NCBI GenBank assembly: GCA_040383865.1
Contig: JBEICT010000001.1
Location: 1 to 46,978, forward strand
DNA length: 46,978 nt
Direction: 5' to 3'
From: Flavobacteriales bacterium
Lineage (GTDB): Bacteria; Bacteroidota; Bacteroidia; Flavobacteriales_F; PHOS-HE28
Shown here: piece by piece, positions 1 through 9,561 of the stretch
How the letters are laid out: the number at the start of each line of letters is the position of its first letter
Numbering within the stretch: position 1 is the stretch's first letter
The notes under the pieces: model-generated
The model's database searches: none
Told to the model about the DNA's origin: nothing
What the model saw: the letters and a program-made list of their open reading frames with translations, nothing else
Translations under genes and position numbers: made by a program

Positions 1-1012
1 CCTGGTCGAGGGGTCGTTCGTCGGTCAAGCTTTCCAAAAAGGCGATGAGATCGGCCTTGTCCGCATCAGAGAGCGCGAAGGTCCGCATTTCGGGATCGAG
101 GTTGGTGTGCGGCAGCCCACCACTGGCAAAGTGATCGATGACGTGCTTGAGGCTTGGCATGCGCCCATCGTGCATGTAAGGAGCGGTGAGCGCAACGTTT
201 CGCAGCGTCGGTGTCTTGAACTTGCCTATGTCACCGGGCTGCAACGTGATCCGCTCACGACCGGGATCGGTGCCATAGTCCAGATACTGGCCCACGTTGT
301 GGTAGGCATGGTCGCTCAGGTCGAAGCCGCTGTGGCAGGACGTGCAATTGAGCTCGGCACTGGTGAACAACTGAAGGCCCCGTAGTTCCTGGTCCGTTAG
401 GGCGTTCGCATCACCTTGGAGAAAGCGATCGTAACGTGACCAGCCGCTGATCAGGGTGCGCTCGTAATTGGCGATCGAACGCGTGATAACCCATGCATCC
501 AAGGTGCGGCCGTAGGCCTGTTGACTTAGCCGCTCATAGGGCTCCACATCCCGCAGCATGGAGGCCACCAGGTTGATGTCGTGGTCCATTTCCACCACAT
601 CATGTATGGGGGCGATCACTTGTTGCTCCAACGTAGGCACCCCGCCATCGCGGAAGAACGCGGTGTGGTAGGCCAGGTTGGCCAGTGTTGGCGAATTACG
701 GAAACCCGTGCGGCCTTGAAAACCACTGCTCACACGCGCCGGATCGCTGAATGCCAACGCAGGCAGGTGGCACGATGCACAGGAAATGCTGCCATCGCGT
801 GAAAGGCGGGGATCGAAGAAGAGCGCCTTCCCCAATTGCACGGAGGCCGTGGTGAGCGGGTTATCCGCAGGTGTGACCGGCACCGGGAACCCTGGCGGCA
901 ATTGCAGCGCAAAAGGGGTGTTCGCGATCGCGGACACCTCAACACCAGCCTCCTTACGACAGGACGCCAAAGCGAGCATGGCCAATACCCCTATGCCCGC
1001 CGCTCGCCTCAT
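1..1012 (-). CDS. di-haem cytochrome c peroxidase family lipoprotein (MauG/MbnH-like); C-terminus lies beyond the left edge
   Basis: Absent from the ORF track because it runs off the window. My manual minus-strand translation from ATG 1012..1010 stays open to position 1. It gives MRRAAGIGVLAMLALASC (lipobox), two haem-c motifs CASCH (767..781) and CTSCH (332..346), and FKTPTLRNVALTAPYMHDG (164..220), all in one frame. The start overlaps the stop of the upstream gene by 4 nt (1009..1012). Confidence 0.85.
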   Translation of the reverse strand, partial: MRRAAGIGVLAMLALASCRKEAGVEVSAIANTPFALQLPPGFPVPVTPADNPLTTASVQLGKALFFDPRLSRDGSISCASCHLPALAFSDPARVSSGFQGRTGFRNSPTLANLAYHTAFFRDGGVPTLEQQVIAPIHDVVEMDHDINLVASMLRDVEPYERLSQQAYGRTLDAWVITRSIANYERTLISGWSRYDRFLQGDANALTDQELRGLQLFTSAELNCTSCHSGFDLSDHAYHNVGQYLDYGTDPGRERITLQPGDIGKFKTPTLRNVALTAPYMHDGRMPSLKHVIDHFASGGLPHTNLDPEMRTFALSDADKADLIAFLESLTDERPLDQ

Positions 1013-1761
1013 TGCACCTGGAAGGAATCCTTTACGTGACGCGTGAACTTCAACGCCAGCGGCACATTGTTGCCGTGCGCCGTATTCTCGGTGGCGAGGT
1101 CGATGGTGCCGGTAGGTGAATGGAAGAACCGGTCGACCGCAATACGCACCACCACCTCCGTGGTACGGCCGCCCTCGATCACGATGGGTGTGGCAGGCGT
1201 CAGATCAAGCTCGGTATAACAGGTATCCATACCGGTGTGGATCGCGAACGAACTGATGAGCGTGGCCGCGCTGGCCGGGTCCGGATCATAGCGACCCTCG
1301 AACATCACGAACCGATAACCCGTGGCCCAGTTCCAGTAGGTGCCATTGCTCACGTTCAACGGATGGCCGGGACCATAAGCCGCTGGATCCGCGTAATTCA
1401 ACTCTGGCCGTATCCCCAAGGCGGCCTGGAACGCGGGCCATGTGCCCTTGGCCACGGCCCACTCCTGCGAAACAGGACCATTACCAAGGTCCCAATAGGT
1501 GGCATCGGCCAGAAAGGCCTGGGCATCGCCATTGGTCAACCGGATCTCGCCGAGGTGCATTTTCAGCAGTTCGATGGTCATGCGGTAATCGGAGATGTTT
1601 CGATACTCCGTGAAACGCTGCATGGGCTGCCCTTCCCATTCGGGCACCAGGGTAAGGCGAAGTGTACCGGTCGCGGGCTCGGGCTTTACGGATTCGTCCT
1701 TGCGGCAACCAGCGAGGACCAGGATCACCAGAACGAGGGAGACTAAGTGGATGTAACGCAT
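1009..1761 (-). CDS. MbnP-like lipoprotein (putative copper-binding partner of the adjacent di-haem peroxidase)
   Basis: 250-aa ORF with lipoprotein signal MRYIHLVSLVLVILVLAGC. A 4-nt overlap couples it to the downstream peroxidase gene, as in mbnP-mbnH pairs. Segments YRMTIELLKMHLGEIRL and NGTYWNWATGYRFVMFEGRYD resemble what I recall of MbnP-family proteins. The family call comes from memory and context and was not searched. Confidence 0.55.
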   Translation of the reverse strand: MRYIHLVSLVLVILVLAGCRKDESVKPEPATGTLRLTLVPEWEGQPMQRFTEYRNISDYRMTIELLKMHLGEIRLTNGDAQAFLADATYWDLGNGPVSQEWAVAKGTWPAFQAALGIRPELNYADPAAYGPGHPLNVSNGTYWNWATGYRFVMFEGRYDPDPASAATLISSFAIHTGMDTCYTELDLTPATPIVIEGGRTTEVVVRIAVDRFFHSPTGTIDLATENTAHGNNVPLALKFTRHVKDSFQVQ

Positions 1762-1816
1762 GCAGGAAGAATGCCCCCCGGTATCGCTTTGTTCACGACG
1801 AAGGGCTTCATGCTCA

Positions 1817-1824
1817 CAAAGTTA
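1817..1824 (-). promoter_or_regulatory. Bacteroidetes-type -7 promoter box TAACTTTG (exact TAnnTTTG) upstream of the mbnP-like gene
   Basis: The plus strand reads caaagtta, so the minus strand reads TAACTTTG. It lies 55 nt upstream of ATG 1761 in the 136-bp divergent intergenic region. This is a motif match only. Confidence 0.3.
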
Positions 1825-1897
1825 CAGCATCCGAGGGCCGGCCATAGTGACGCACATCACTCATCCGCAGTGGAACATCCGGGGCTAACTTCCGCCC

Positions 1898-4800
1898 ATG
1901 TTCGCGGTCCTCCATTCCTCGGCCGGTGCCGGCAAGACCCACGCCTTGGTGAAGCACTACCTGACCCTTTGCCTGTCCGAGCAGGAACCGGGAGCGTACC
2001 GGCAGGTATTGGCGCTGACCTTCACCAACAAGGCGGCCGGCGAAATGCAGGACCGGGTGATGGGTTACCTGGAAAAGTTGGCCGCGCGCAGGACCGATGA
2101 TGGCGCCATTGCCGACGTCATGGGACACTTGCAGGTCAAGACCAAACTTACCCCAGAGGCCATTGCAGAGCGGGCCAGCGTGGTGCTGCGCCATATGCTT
2201 CACCATTGGAGCGATGTGGCGATCGGGACCATTGATGCCTTCACGCGACGTGTGGTACGCCCGTTCGCAAGAGACCTGCAACTGGACCACGACCTGCGCA
2301 TGACCACGGACCAGGAGCACTACCTGAACGCCGCTGTGGAAGCGCTGGTGGCTGAAGCGGGCAGCGACCCCAAGGTGACCGCCATACTGACCGAGGCCTG
2401 CCTTCAACTGCTGCACGAGGAAGGCAAATGGGACCCAGAGAAACCCCTGAAAGCGCTGAGCAACGAACTTCAGAAGGAAAGTGCGTTGAAGCCACTGCAG
2501 AGCCTGCGGGAACTGGATGCGGACCATATCCTTCGCTTGACCGCACGCTTACGCGAACAGGAGAACGTGTTCCGCAAAGCGGTGCAGGCCATTGGCCGCG
2601 AAGCCTTGGAGCTGATCGCTGCGGAACGACTGACCGAAGCCGATATCGCCCATGGAAAAGGCGGTATCCTGGGCTATTTCCGAAAGCTTGCCAGCTTCAC
2701 CCACGAATGGGAGCCAGCAGGACCCAACGCCCGGAAGCCGATCGAGACCGGGAAATGGCATTCCACGAAAGCCGACACGCAGACCCGGTCCACCTTGGAG
2801 CGCATTGCACCAGAGCTTGCCGACCTGTTCCATAAGGCCGAGGATCTATGTGGGCAGGGCCATGCCTCCTTCCTCCTGCGCCGTGGCGTATCCCGCGAAT
2901 TGCCCGCCGCCTTCGCCCTGCACGAACTGGACCGGCACTTGGAGCGACTGAAACAAGCGGACGCGGTCGCCTTCTTCAGCGACCTCACGCGCAAAGTGGC
3001 GGCCGTGGTGCAGGAAGAGCCGGTGCCATTCATCTACGAGCGGATGGGCGAGCGCTACCGGCACTTCCTCATCGACGAGTTCCAGGACACCTCCTTGCTG
3101 CAATGGACCTGCCTGCTTCCGCTGATCGACAATGCCTTGGGTAACGGCGGAAGCGCCCTGCTGGTGGGTGATGCGAAACAGGCCATCTATCGTTGGCGCA
3201 ACGGCGAAGTGCGGCTCTTCGTGGAACTGCCAAAGGTCTTCGGACGGGGAGATAGCGAGGCGGAGCATGAACGCGAACAGACCCTTCAGCGTACGTTCGT
3301 CAAACAGGAACCCCTCGCGTACAACCGTCGATCCTCCCCGGTCATCATCGCGTTCAATAATGCGCTCTTCGGGGAGCTTTCGAAAGCCCTCGCCCCGTCG
3401 CTATGCAGTGTTTATCAGGACCATGCCCAATTGACCGCTGGCGACCGGCCCGGACTGGTGGAACTGCAGCGCCTGCCCAAGGACGTGAAAGGCGCGGCAC
3501 GGGACGAAAACCAACAGGCCTTCGTTCTCGAGCGGTTGCAACAGGCACTGGCCGATGGCCATCGTCCGGGTGATGTGGCCGTGCTGGTGCGCACCGGCAA
3601 CCAAGGGCGCATGATGGCCGAACACCTGCTGCGCGAAGGCTATTCCGTAGTCTCTCCGGACGGCCTGAAACTGGCCGGCGATCATGGCGTTGAGCTTTTG
3701 GTGGACCTGTTGCGGTTCATGCATGATGGCGACCCCACCGCTGCGGCACGAACAGCCCAACGCCGGGCCCAGCTTGATGCCGCTCCGGACCAGGAGGCCG
3801 CCACACCGTTCACCTCCGGGAGCCGGCTGCCCGACCCGGCCGCTCAATTGCGCACCTGGCTCGAGGAACATGGGCTCACCACGATCCGAAGCACCTTCAC
3901 GGAACTGCTTGGTCGACTATGCGCTGCGGTGAACATACGACCAGCGGAAGAGGCGCAGGTGCTTGCCTTTCTGGACGAGGCGCATTCCTGGAGCACCTTG
4001 CATGGTCCGGATATTGGCGGATTCGTGGAACATTGGGAAAGCGCAGGAGCAAAGCGCGCCGTGGCCCCGCCGGCCAACGGCCAGGCCGTGCAGATCATGA
4101 CCGTGCACAAGGCCAAGGGGCTCGAGTTCCCCGTGGTGATCATGCCTACGGGGAGCATGGCGACGGCCGGCAATCACACCGAACGGTTCTGGATCGATCC
4201 ACGACCGGCCATACCCGAGCTGGAACATGCGCTGGTCGTCGATGGTAAAGCATTGCGCGAAAGCGGCATCCGGGAACTACAGACCGAACACGAACTACAG
4301 GACCTGGACCTGCTCAACATGCTCTACGTGGCCTTTACACGACCCGTGAACCGCCTGCATGTACTGGTGTCCGAGAGGTCCCTTGATGTGGTGACGCGTG
4401 CATTGCTCGCCTACATGGACCAGCATGGCAGGGATGGGAACATCCTGCTGGGGGAACGAACACTAATGAGCGCACGCACTGCACGAACCACACCTCCGGA
4501 ACTGCGTGATGTCTCGACACCGGAGGATGCTCCAAGCCTGACCTTGCGGTTGGAGAAACCGGACGACTGGGACCCAGCGGACCCGGACCCGTTCCGTTCG
4601 TTCGGCGAGGCTGTGCACGAGGTGCTGGCGCGCGTTGGCACGCTGCACGAACTGGACCCTGCCATGGACCGAGCCATGCAAAGCGGCCGCATCGACCGGC
4701 ACAAGGCGACCGCTTTGAAGCAACGGCTCGGCACCCTGCTCTCAGATGAAAGGCTGGCTCCCTGGTATGGTCCAGGATTGGTGGTTCGCAACGAAGCCAC

Positions 4801-5017
4801 GATCATTGACCGGGCAGGCCGATCGCACCGGCCGGACCGCGTGGTGGAAGAGGGTGATCGAGTTCGTGTACTGGACATCAAGACCGGCCTTTCACGCCCT
4901 GAGCATCATGAGCAAGTTCGCGGCTATATGGACCTCCTGCGCGAACTGGGCCACTCCAAGGTGGAGGGGGCGCTGTTGTATGTTCGCGATGGGACCATTG
5001 AGACCGTGAACGGATGA
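1898..5017 (+). CDS. addA: AddA/RecB-like ATP-dependent helicase-nuclease (UvrD-type helicase plus C-terminal PD-(D/E)XK nuclease)
   Basis: 1039 aa. It has Walker A SSAGAGKTH at the N-terminus, motif II FLIDEFQDTS, and VHKAKGLEFPVV. The C-terminal nuclease-like segment is RPDRVVEEGDRVRVLDIKTG. Confidence 0.8.
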   Translation: MFAVLHSSAGAGKTHALVKHYLTLCLSEQEPGAYRQVLALTFTNKAAGEMQDRVMGYLEKLAARRTDDGAIADVMGHLQVKTKLTPEAIAERASVVLRHMLHHWSDVAIGTIDAFTRRVVRPFARDLQLDHDLRMTTDQEHYLNAAVEALVAEAGSDPKVTAILTEACLQLLHEEGKWDPEKPLKALSNELQKESALKPLQSLRELDADHILRLTARLREQENVFRKAVQAIGREALELIAAERLTEADIAHGKGGILGYFRKLASFTHEWEPAGPNARKPIETGKWHSTKADTQTRSTLERIAPELADLFHKAEDLCGQGHASFLLRRGVSRELPAAFALHELDRHLERLKQADAVAFFSDLTRKVAAVVQEEPVPFIYERMGERYRHFLIDEFQDTSLLQWTCLLPLIDNALGNGGSALLVGDAKQAIYRWRNGEVRLFVELPKVFGRGDSEAEHEREQTLQRTFVKQEPLAYNRRSSPVIIAFNNALFGELSKALAPSLCSVYQDHAQLTAGDRPGLVELQRLPKDVKGAARDENQQAFVLERLQQALADGHRPGDVAVLVRTGNQGRMMAEHLLREGYSVVSPDGLKLAGDHGVELLVDLLRFMHDGDPTAAARTAQRRAQLDAAPDQEAATPFTSGSRLPDPAAQLRTWLEEHGLTTIRSTFTELLGRLCAAVNIRPAEEAQVLAFLDEAHSWSTLHGPDIGGFVEHWESAGAKRAVAPPANGQAVQIMTVHKAKGLEFPVVIMPTGSMATAGNHTERFWIDPRPAIPELEHALVVDGKALRESGIRELQTEHELQDLDLLNMLYVAFTRPVNRLHVLVSERSLDVVTRALLAYMDQHGRDGNILLGERTLMSARTARTTPPELRDVSTPEDAPSLTLRLEKPDDWDPADPDPFRSFGEAVHEVLARVGTLHELDPAMDRAMQSGRIDRHKATALKQRLGTLLSDERLAPWYGPGLVVRNEATIIDRAGRSHRPDRVVEEGDRVRVLDIKTGLSRPEHHEQVRGYMDLLRELGHSKVEGALLYVRDGTIETVNG

Positions 5018-5493
5018 GCATACACTGGAAGGTCCGATCATTCGGTGAGCTGAGCACGATCGAGCTCCACGATATCCTTCGCCTGCGGGTGGATGTGTTC
5101 GTGGTGGAGCAACAATGCCCTTACGCGGAAGTGGATGGCCAGGACCCGACCGCCTTGCATGTGATCGGCACCGATGAGCGAGGTGCGGTCGGTGCCTACG
5201 GACGCATTCTGCCCGCATTGCCGGATGAATTACCGCACATTGGCCGGATCGTGATCCACCCGGACCACCGTGGCAAAGGCCTTGCGCACCAGCTCATGGA
5301 CAGGATGCTCGCGGAACTTCGTTCACGATATGGAAGCGACCGGTCCATGCTTGCGGCACAGGCCCACCTGGAGGGGCTCTATGCGAGGCATGGATATCAT
5401 CGTATCGGCGACATCTATGTGTGGGATGGAATACCCCATGTGGACATGGAGCGCTTGGCCGGGGGAAGGACCCACGTCAGCGGAGCAACGTGA
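5014..5493 (+). CDS. elaA: GNAT family N-acetyltransferase, ElaA-like
   Basis: 159 aa. LRLRVDVFVVEQQCPYAEVDGQD, AAQAHLEGLYARHGY and WDGIPHVDM are colinear with E. coli ElaA as I remember it. An ATGA overlap joins it to the addA stop. Confidence 0.75.
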   Translation: MSIHWKVRSFGELSTIELHDILRLRVDVFVVEQQCPYAEVDGQDPTALHVIGTDERGAVGAYGRILPALPDELPHIGRIVIHPDHRGKGLAHQLMDRMLAELRSRYGSDRSMLAAQAHLEGLYARHGYHRIGDIYVWDGIPHVDMERLAGGRTHVSGAT

Positions 5494-7588
5494 AGTGGCC
5501 CGTGTACTCGGCGCGATAGGCGCCGAACTCGGCCAAGCGAATGGTGTAATTGTACACGCCTTGCGGATAGCCGGACCCATCCCATGCCGCTTTGGGGTCC
5601 GTGGAGCGGAACACTTCCTGCCCCCAGCGGTCGAACACCACCAGATCATACAAACGTGCACCGCGCACCGATGGCGCCCATAGGTCGTTCAATCCATCGC
5701 CGTCGGGAGTGAAAGCGTTCGGCACATAGATCAGGTGGTCGCTCACGGTGACCATCCGCGAGGTGGAATCCACGCAACCCTCGCCCGACATCACGGTCTG
5801 CGTGATCAGGAACTGACCGCCGTCGGTGAATTCGTAAGTAAAGTCGGGGGTGCTTGTGACCAGGTCCTGTACGGTGTACTCCAACTCCGTGGCCGAGGCC
5901 GAGTAGTCGACGATCTCCACCACGGGATCCATCAGGCTCACTTCCGTCGGCAAAGCGGTGAAGGCGGCAACGGGGTTCGGGAAGATCTCGGCCGCTCCGG
6001 GCCGTGCCAGAGTGACCGTTGCTATACAGCCGCTGTCCGTGGCCACGGTGAGCGTAACAGGATAGAGCCCCGGTGTTGTGTACGCATGGATGAAGCTACT
6101 GTCCTGCGAGGTGGTCCCGTCGCCGACCGACCACTGGTATTGCATGGGCGTCCAGGCCGTGGAGAGGCTTGCGAAGGTCAACTCCTCGCCCACACAACCG
6201 TTCGGATCGTTCACGAAGTCCACCACCGGACGCGGGAACACCACCACCGAATCCGTAAAGGAGTCCGAACAACCGTTCTCCTCGGCAAAAAGAGTTACTG
6301 CATGGATACCTGGCTCGGAATATCCTGCGTTGACATTACTACCCGTGGCTGTAGCTGGTGAGGCAAAGGGTCCAAGGTCCCAAGTGAAGACCACATCAGC
6401 ACCGAACACCCCTTCCGCGACCAGTGAAGCACCCTCGTCCGGGCACCTGATGGGTGGCCGTTGAAAAGAGACATCCAGCACAGGGAACACGCTGAACACG
6501 CTGGTGCTCGTGTCCGCACAGGGCCAACCCGGATTGGCGATCAACGTGACCGTATAAAGCCCGGGCGTGGTGTAGGTCCATTGGGGCGATGCCTCGGACG
6601 ATGTATCGGCCAGGGTTGCGGGGTCTCCGAAATCCCAGTACCAGAACGTCCCATTGATGCTCTCATGCTCGAAGGCCTGCATGAGGCCTGAACAGATGTC
6701 ATCCTGCTCCTGAATGGAGGAAATGATGGTCACATCACAGACCACCACCTTGAACATGAAATCGCGGCGAACAGTGCTCAAGAGCTCGCCATTTCGATAT
6801 TCGGTAACACACACGCCCACCGTGAAGGCTCCCTGGAGCGTGGGATGCACCGTGATGGTCCCCGTGGCCGCATCGATGGCGATCGGCGGTGCCGAGTTGA
6901 TCGGGGATGTGGCGGAGTAACCGGCCGCGTAGTTGACGAACGGGTAAGGGGGTGCCGTGGGAGGCTGAGGCATGGGCTGAATGGCATCGGCTCCCTGGTA
7001 AGGGGCGCAGAGCGAGTACACCAGCTCATCCCCATCGGGATCGGTGGCCGATTGATCGATCACCATATCGCGGCCGAGACACAGCGCCACCGGTGGATAT
7101 GCATTGAACCGCGGGCTGCTGTTCACTGCGTTCGGTGGCGATGGCACCTGTATGGTGCTTGTGAGCCCCTGCTGGCCCTGGAGGTTCACCAGCGCCGGGG
7201 TACGACAACACCGTTGGTAGGCGATGACATAGCCCCCATTGATCGGAGGCAGGTTCAGTATGGCCTCGTAGCGAGTAGTGGCCACACAGACCTCGGGAGG
7301 TGCGGCCAGGCAGGGATCGTCCAGGTCAACTGGAACAATGGTCTCGCCCGGGTCGGAGATATCCTGCGTGAACAATAGAACTCCTGCGGAGTTGAAGACA
7401 CCCAGCTGTGCCGAAAAGTCGAAGCCGGTCCCGTTCTGGTTATCCGGTCCACAATCACGGTAGAGGTCCAACGTAATGCGGTACTGGTTACCTCCCAGAT
7501 GATCATAGTACATTTCTCCACCAATGATGTGGGTGGCTCGGGCTTGGACCACCGTCAGGAACATAAACAGGAGCAGCAGGCGACGCAT
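5477..7588 (-). CDS. T9SS type-B (gliding motility-associated C-terminal domain) adhesin-like protein with PKD-like repeats, paralog 1
   Basis: The ORF track gives 5477..7753. I start at internal ATG 7588 (MRRLLLLFMFLTVVQARA signal peptide) because the extension runs into the neighbouring gene. The N-terminal Cys-rich domain reads ATHIIGGEMYYDHLGG..LYRDC..YQRCCRT. PKD-like WYWDFGDP repeats follow. The C-terminus is PNAFTPDGDGLNDLW...GVYNYTIRL...GHFTLLR. Confidence 0.85.
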   Translation of the reverse strand: MRRLLLLFMFLTVVQARATHIIGGEMYYDHLGGNQYRITLDLYRDCGPDNQNGTGFDFSAQLGVFNSAGVLLFTQDISDPGETIVPVDLDDPCLAAPPEVCVATTRYEAILNLPPINGGYVIAYQRCCRTPALVNLQGQQGLTSTIQVPSPPNAVNSSPRFNAYPPVALCLGRDMVIDQSATDPDGDELVYSLCAPYQGADAIQPMPQPPTAPPYPFVNYAAGYSATSPINSAPPIAIDAATGTITVHPTLQGAFTVGVCVTEYRNGELLSTVRRDFMFKVVVCDVTIISSIQEQDDICSGLMQAFEHESINGTFWYWDFGDPATLADTSSEASPQWTYTTPGLYTVTLIANPGWPCADTSTSVFSVFPVLDVSFQRPPIRCPDEGASLVAEGVFGADVVFTWDLGPFASPATATGSNVNAGYSEPGIHAVTLFAEENGCSDSFTDSVVVFPRPVVDFVNDPNGCVGEELTFASLSTAWTPMQYQWSVGDGTTSQDSSFIHAYTTPGLYPVTLTVATDSGCIATVTLARPGAAEIFPNPVAAFTALPTEVSLMDPVVEIVDYSASATELEYTVQDLVTSTPDFTYEFTDGGQFLITQTVMSGEGCVDSTSRMVTVSDHLIYVPNAFTPDGDGLNDLWAPSVRGARLYDLVVFDRWGQEVFRSTDPKAAWDGSGYPQGVYNYTIRLAEFGAYRAEYTGHFTLLR

Positions 7589-7656
7589 GGGGCGACCTTG
7601 ATGATCTGAAGATAGTTGTTCGGTGTTCGCCATCATCGTCTGTACGAGGAACGGGG

Positions 7657-9516
7657 TCAGCGCAACAGGGTGAGGTGACCGGCGTAATCCCTTCCATCCT
7701 TCAACACCAGCACATAGTAATAGGTTCCATCGGGCGCATCGCCACCGTTCCATTGGTTCCGGTAGTTGCGTGTGTTGTATACCACCGTGCCCCAGCGGTT
7801 ATAGATGGTCAGTTCGTTATCGTAGTAACCGATGTTCGTGATATCGAAGGTCTCGTTCTCTCCATCGCCGTTCGGGCTGAACACGTTGGGGATATCGATC
7901 TCGCCGGCAAGCACCACGTACACCATGCTGTAGGTGGAGGTACATCCCGCGTCCGTAACAAGGGTCAAGGTCACCAAATAAGTACCCGGCAGCCAATCCT
8001 CCGCAACAAGGCCCGGTCCTGACACCGCCACAGGCGCCCCGTTCACTGTCCATGTGCGGGAAACAATGGCGGCACCATTGCTCTGCGATGCATCGGTGAA
8101 CGTGAACGGAACACCCACCCCTTGAGGCGATGCCGGGACCACGGTCAGGAAGGCCTCCGGTTCAGGGCTGACGACCACCGTGCCCGATGCAGAGCCAAAA
8201 CAACCGTTGTCATTCACGATCAATGTGACGGTCTGCGGATCGGCCGCGGAGTAGAGCACCGTTACCGGTGAACCCGTGGCCGTGGAAGGTTCAGCAGATG
8301 TTCCAAGGACCCAATTGAAGGTGGCGTCCGGTCCGTACTCGCCCTCCGCCTGAAGCACCACGGTGGTATCACCACAAGCGGGAGCGGGCGGAACGAAGGT
8401 GGGGCGCGGTGCAAGGAATGCCTGGAACTGCACCAAGGCCGTGTCGGCGCAGATCTCACCGGGGGCTGCGATCACCGTGACCGTATAAATCCCTGGCGCG
8501 GAATAGGTCCAGGAGGGAGCGAACAGCAACGACGTATCGGCATCAGTAGTGGGATCACCGAAGTCCCAGGACCATGCTTGGGCGCCAAAGCTGGTGTTGC
8601 CGAATTGGAACCCAAGGCCCGAACAGAACTGGGCCTGCGGTTGAATACCAGCGCTTACCACCGCATCGCAAGGCACTACGCTGAACATCAGATCGCGGCG
8701 TGACGTGGAGAGCACCACGCCATCGCGTACTTCCTGCACACAAACGGCCACCACGAAGTTGCCGATCAGGGTGGGCGTCAGGGTCAACACGCCGGTCACC
8801 GGGTCGATCTGGATCGCGGGGTCCGAATCGATGGGATAGCCGGAGGAGTAGCCCGTTCCCCACGGAAGAGGGGTGTATGGCGGAGCACTGGGAGGCACAG
8901 GCTGTGGCGCCAACGATGTCCCCCCGTTGTAAGGGGTGCAAAGACTGTAGGTCAACTGATCGCCGTCCGGATCGGTGGCGGAATGATCGAACACCAGTGG
9001 CGCACCCAGGCAAAGCGCCACCGGAGGAATCTCATTGAACCGGGGGGAGCTGTTGTTCGAGAAAGGGATGCCCGGAACTTCCACGGTGCAGGTGAGCCCA
9101 AGATCACCCGGGTTCGGCAGGTTCACGATCTCATCCGTACGACAACACCGTTGGTAGGATAACACGTACCCATCCGCACGGGCCGGCAACGTGAACACCC
9201 CGGTGTAGGATGCGGTCTCCACGCAGATATCGGGCGGAAGCGTCAGGCAGGGGCTATCGAGCGCGATGGGCACCAAGGACCCACCGGGGAACGGCAGGCT
9301 TTCCTGGAACTGGAATTCGCCCAGCCCGGAGAAGACCCCGATCACAGCACTTTCATCAAAGGGGATACCACTGCAATCCCTGTAAAGCGTAAGGGTCACC
9401 TGATACTGATCGCCGCCCAGATGATCGTAGTAGATCTCTCCGCCGATGATGTGCGTGGCCCCGCATACAAGGCTCAGGAACAGGCCAGACAAAAACGAGC
9501 AGGAACGGATGATCAT
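7657..9516 (-). CDS. T9SS type-B (gliding motility-associated C-terminal domain) adhesin-like protein, paralog 2
   Basis: The ORF track gives 7657..9555. The likely start is ATG 9516 (MIIRSCSFLSGLFLSLVCGA signal peptide). It has the same N-terminal domain (ATHIIGGEIYYDHLGG..LYRDC..YQRCCRT..NSSPRFN..PPVALCLG), a WSWDFGDP PKD-like repeat, and the C-terminus PNVFSPNGDGENETF...GTYYYVLVL...GHLTLLR. Confidence 0.85.
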   Translation of the reverse strand: MIIRSCSFLSGLFLSLVCGATHIIGGEIYYDHLGGDQYQVTLTLYRDCSGIPFDESAVIGVFSGLGEFQFQESLPFPGGSLVPIALDSPCLTLPPDICVETASYTGVFTLPARADGYVLSYQRCCRTDEIVNLPNPGDLGLTCTVEVPGIPFSNNSSPRFNEIPPVALCLGAPLVFDHSATDPDGDQLTYSLCTPYNGGTSLAPQPVPPSAPPYTPLPWGTGYSSGYPIDSDPAIQIDPVTGVLTLTPTLIGNFVVAVCVQEVRDGVVLSTSRRDLMFSVVPCDAVVSAGIQPQAQFCSGLGFQFGNTSFGAQAWSWDFGDPTTDADTSLLFAPSWTYSAPGIYTVTVIAAPGEICADTALVQFQAFLAPRPTFVPPAPACGDTTVVLQAEGEYGPDATFNWVLGTSAEPSTATGSPVTVLYSAADPQTVTLIVNDNGCFGSASGTVVVSPEPEAFLTVVPASPQGVGVPFTFTDASQSNGAAIVSRTWTVNGAPVAVSGPGLVAEDWLPGTYLVTLTLVTDAGCTSTYSMVYVVLAGEIDIPNVFSPNGDGENETFDITNIGYYDNELTIYNRWGTVVYNTRNYRNQWNGGDAPDGTYYYVLVLKDGRDYAGHLTLLR

Positions 9517-9561
9517 GATGTGTAGACCGAAGAATGCGATCCGGCGTTGCCCCAAGGTAGC

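Noticed and set aside
5477-9516. The two adhesin genes as a DNA-level repeat or recent duplication that might mediate recombination.
   Set aside because: Similarity is evident at the protein level, but the nucleotide sequences of even the best-conserved block (around 7500..7540 versus 9420..9460) differ at many positions by eye. I saw no long identical stretch.
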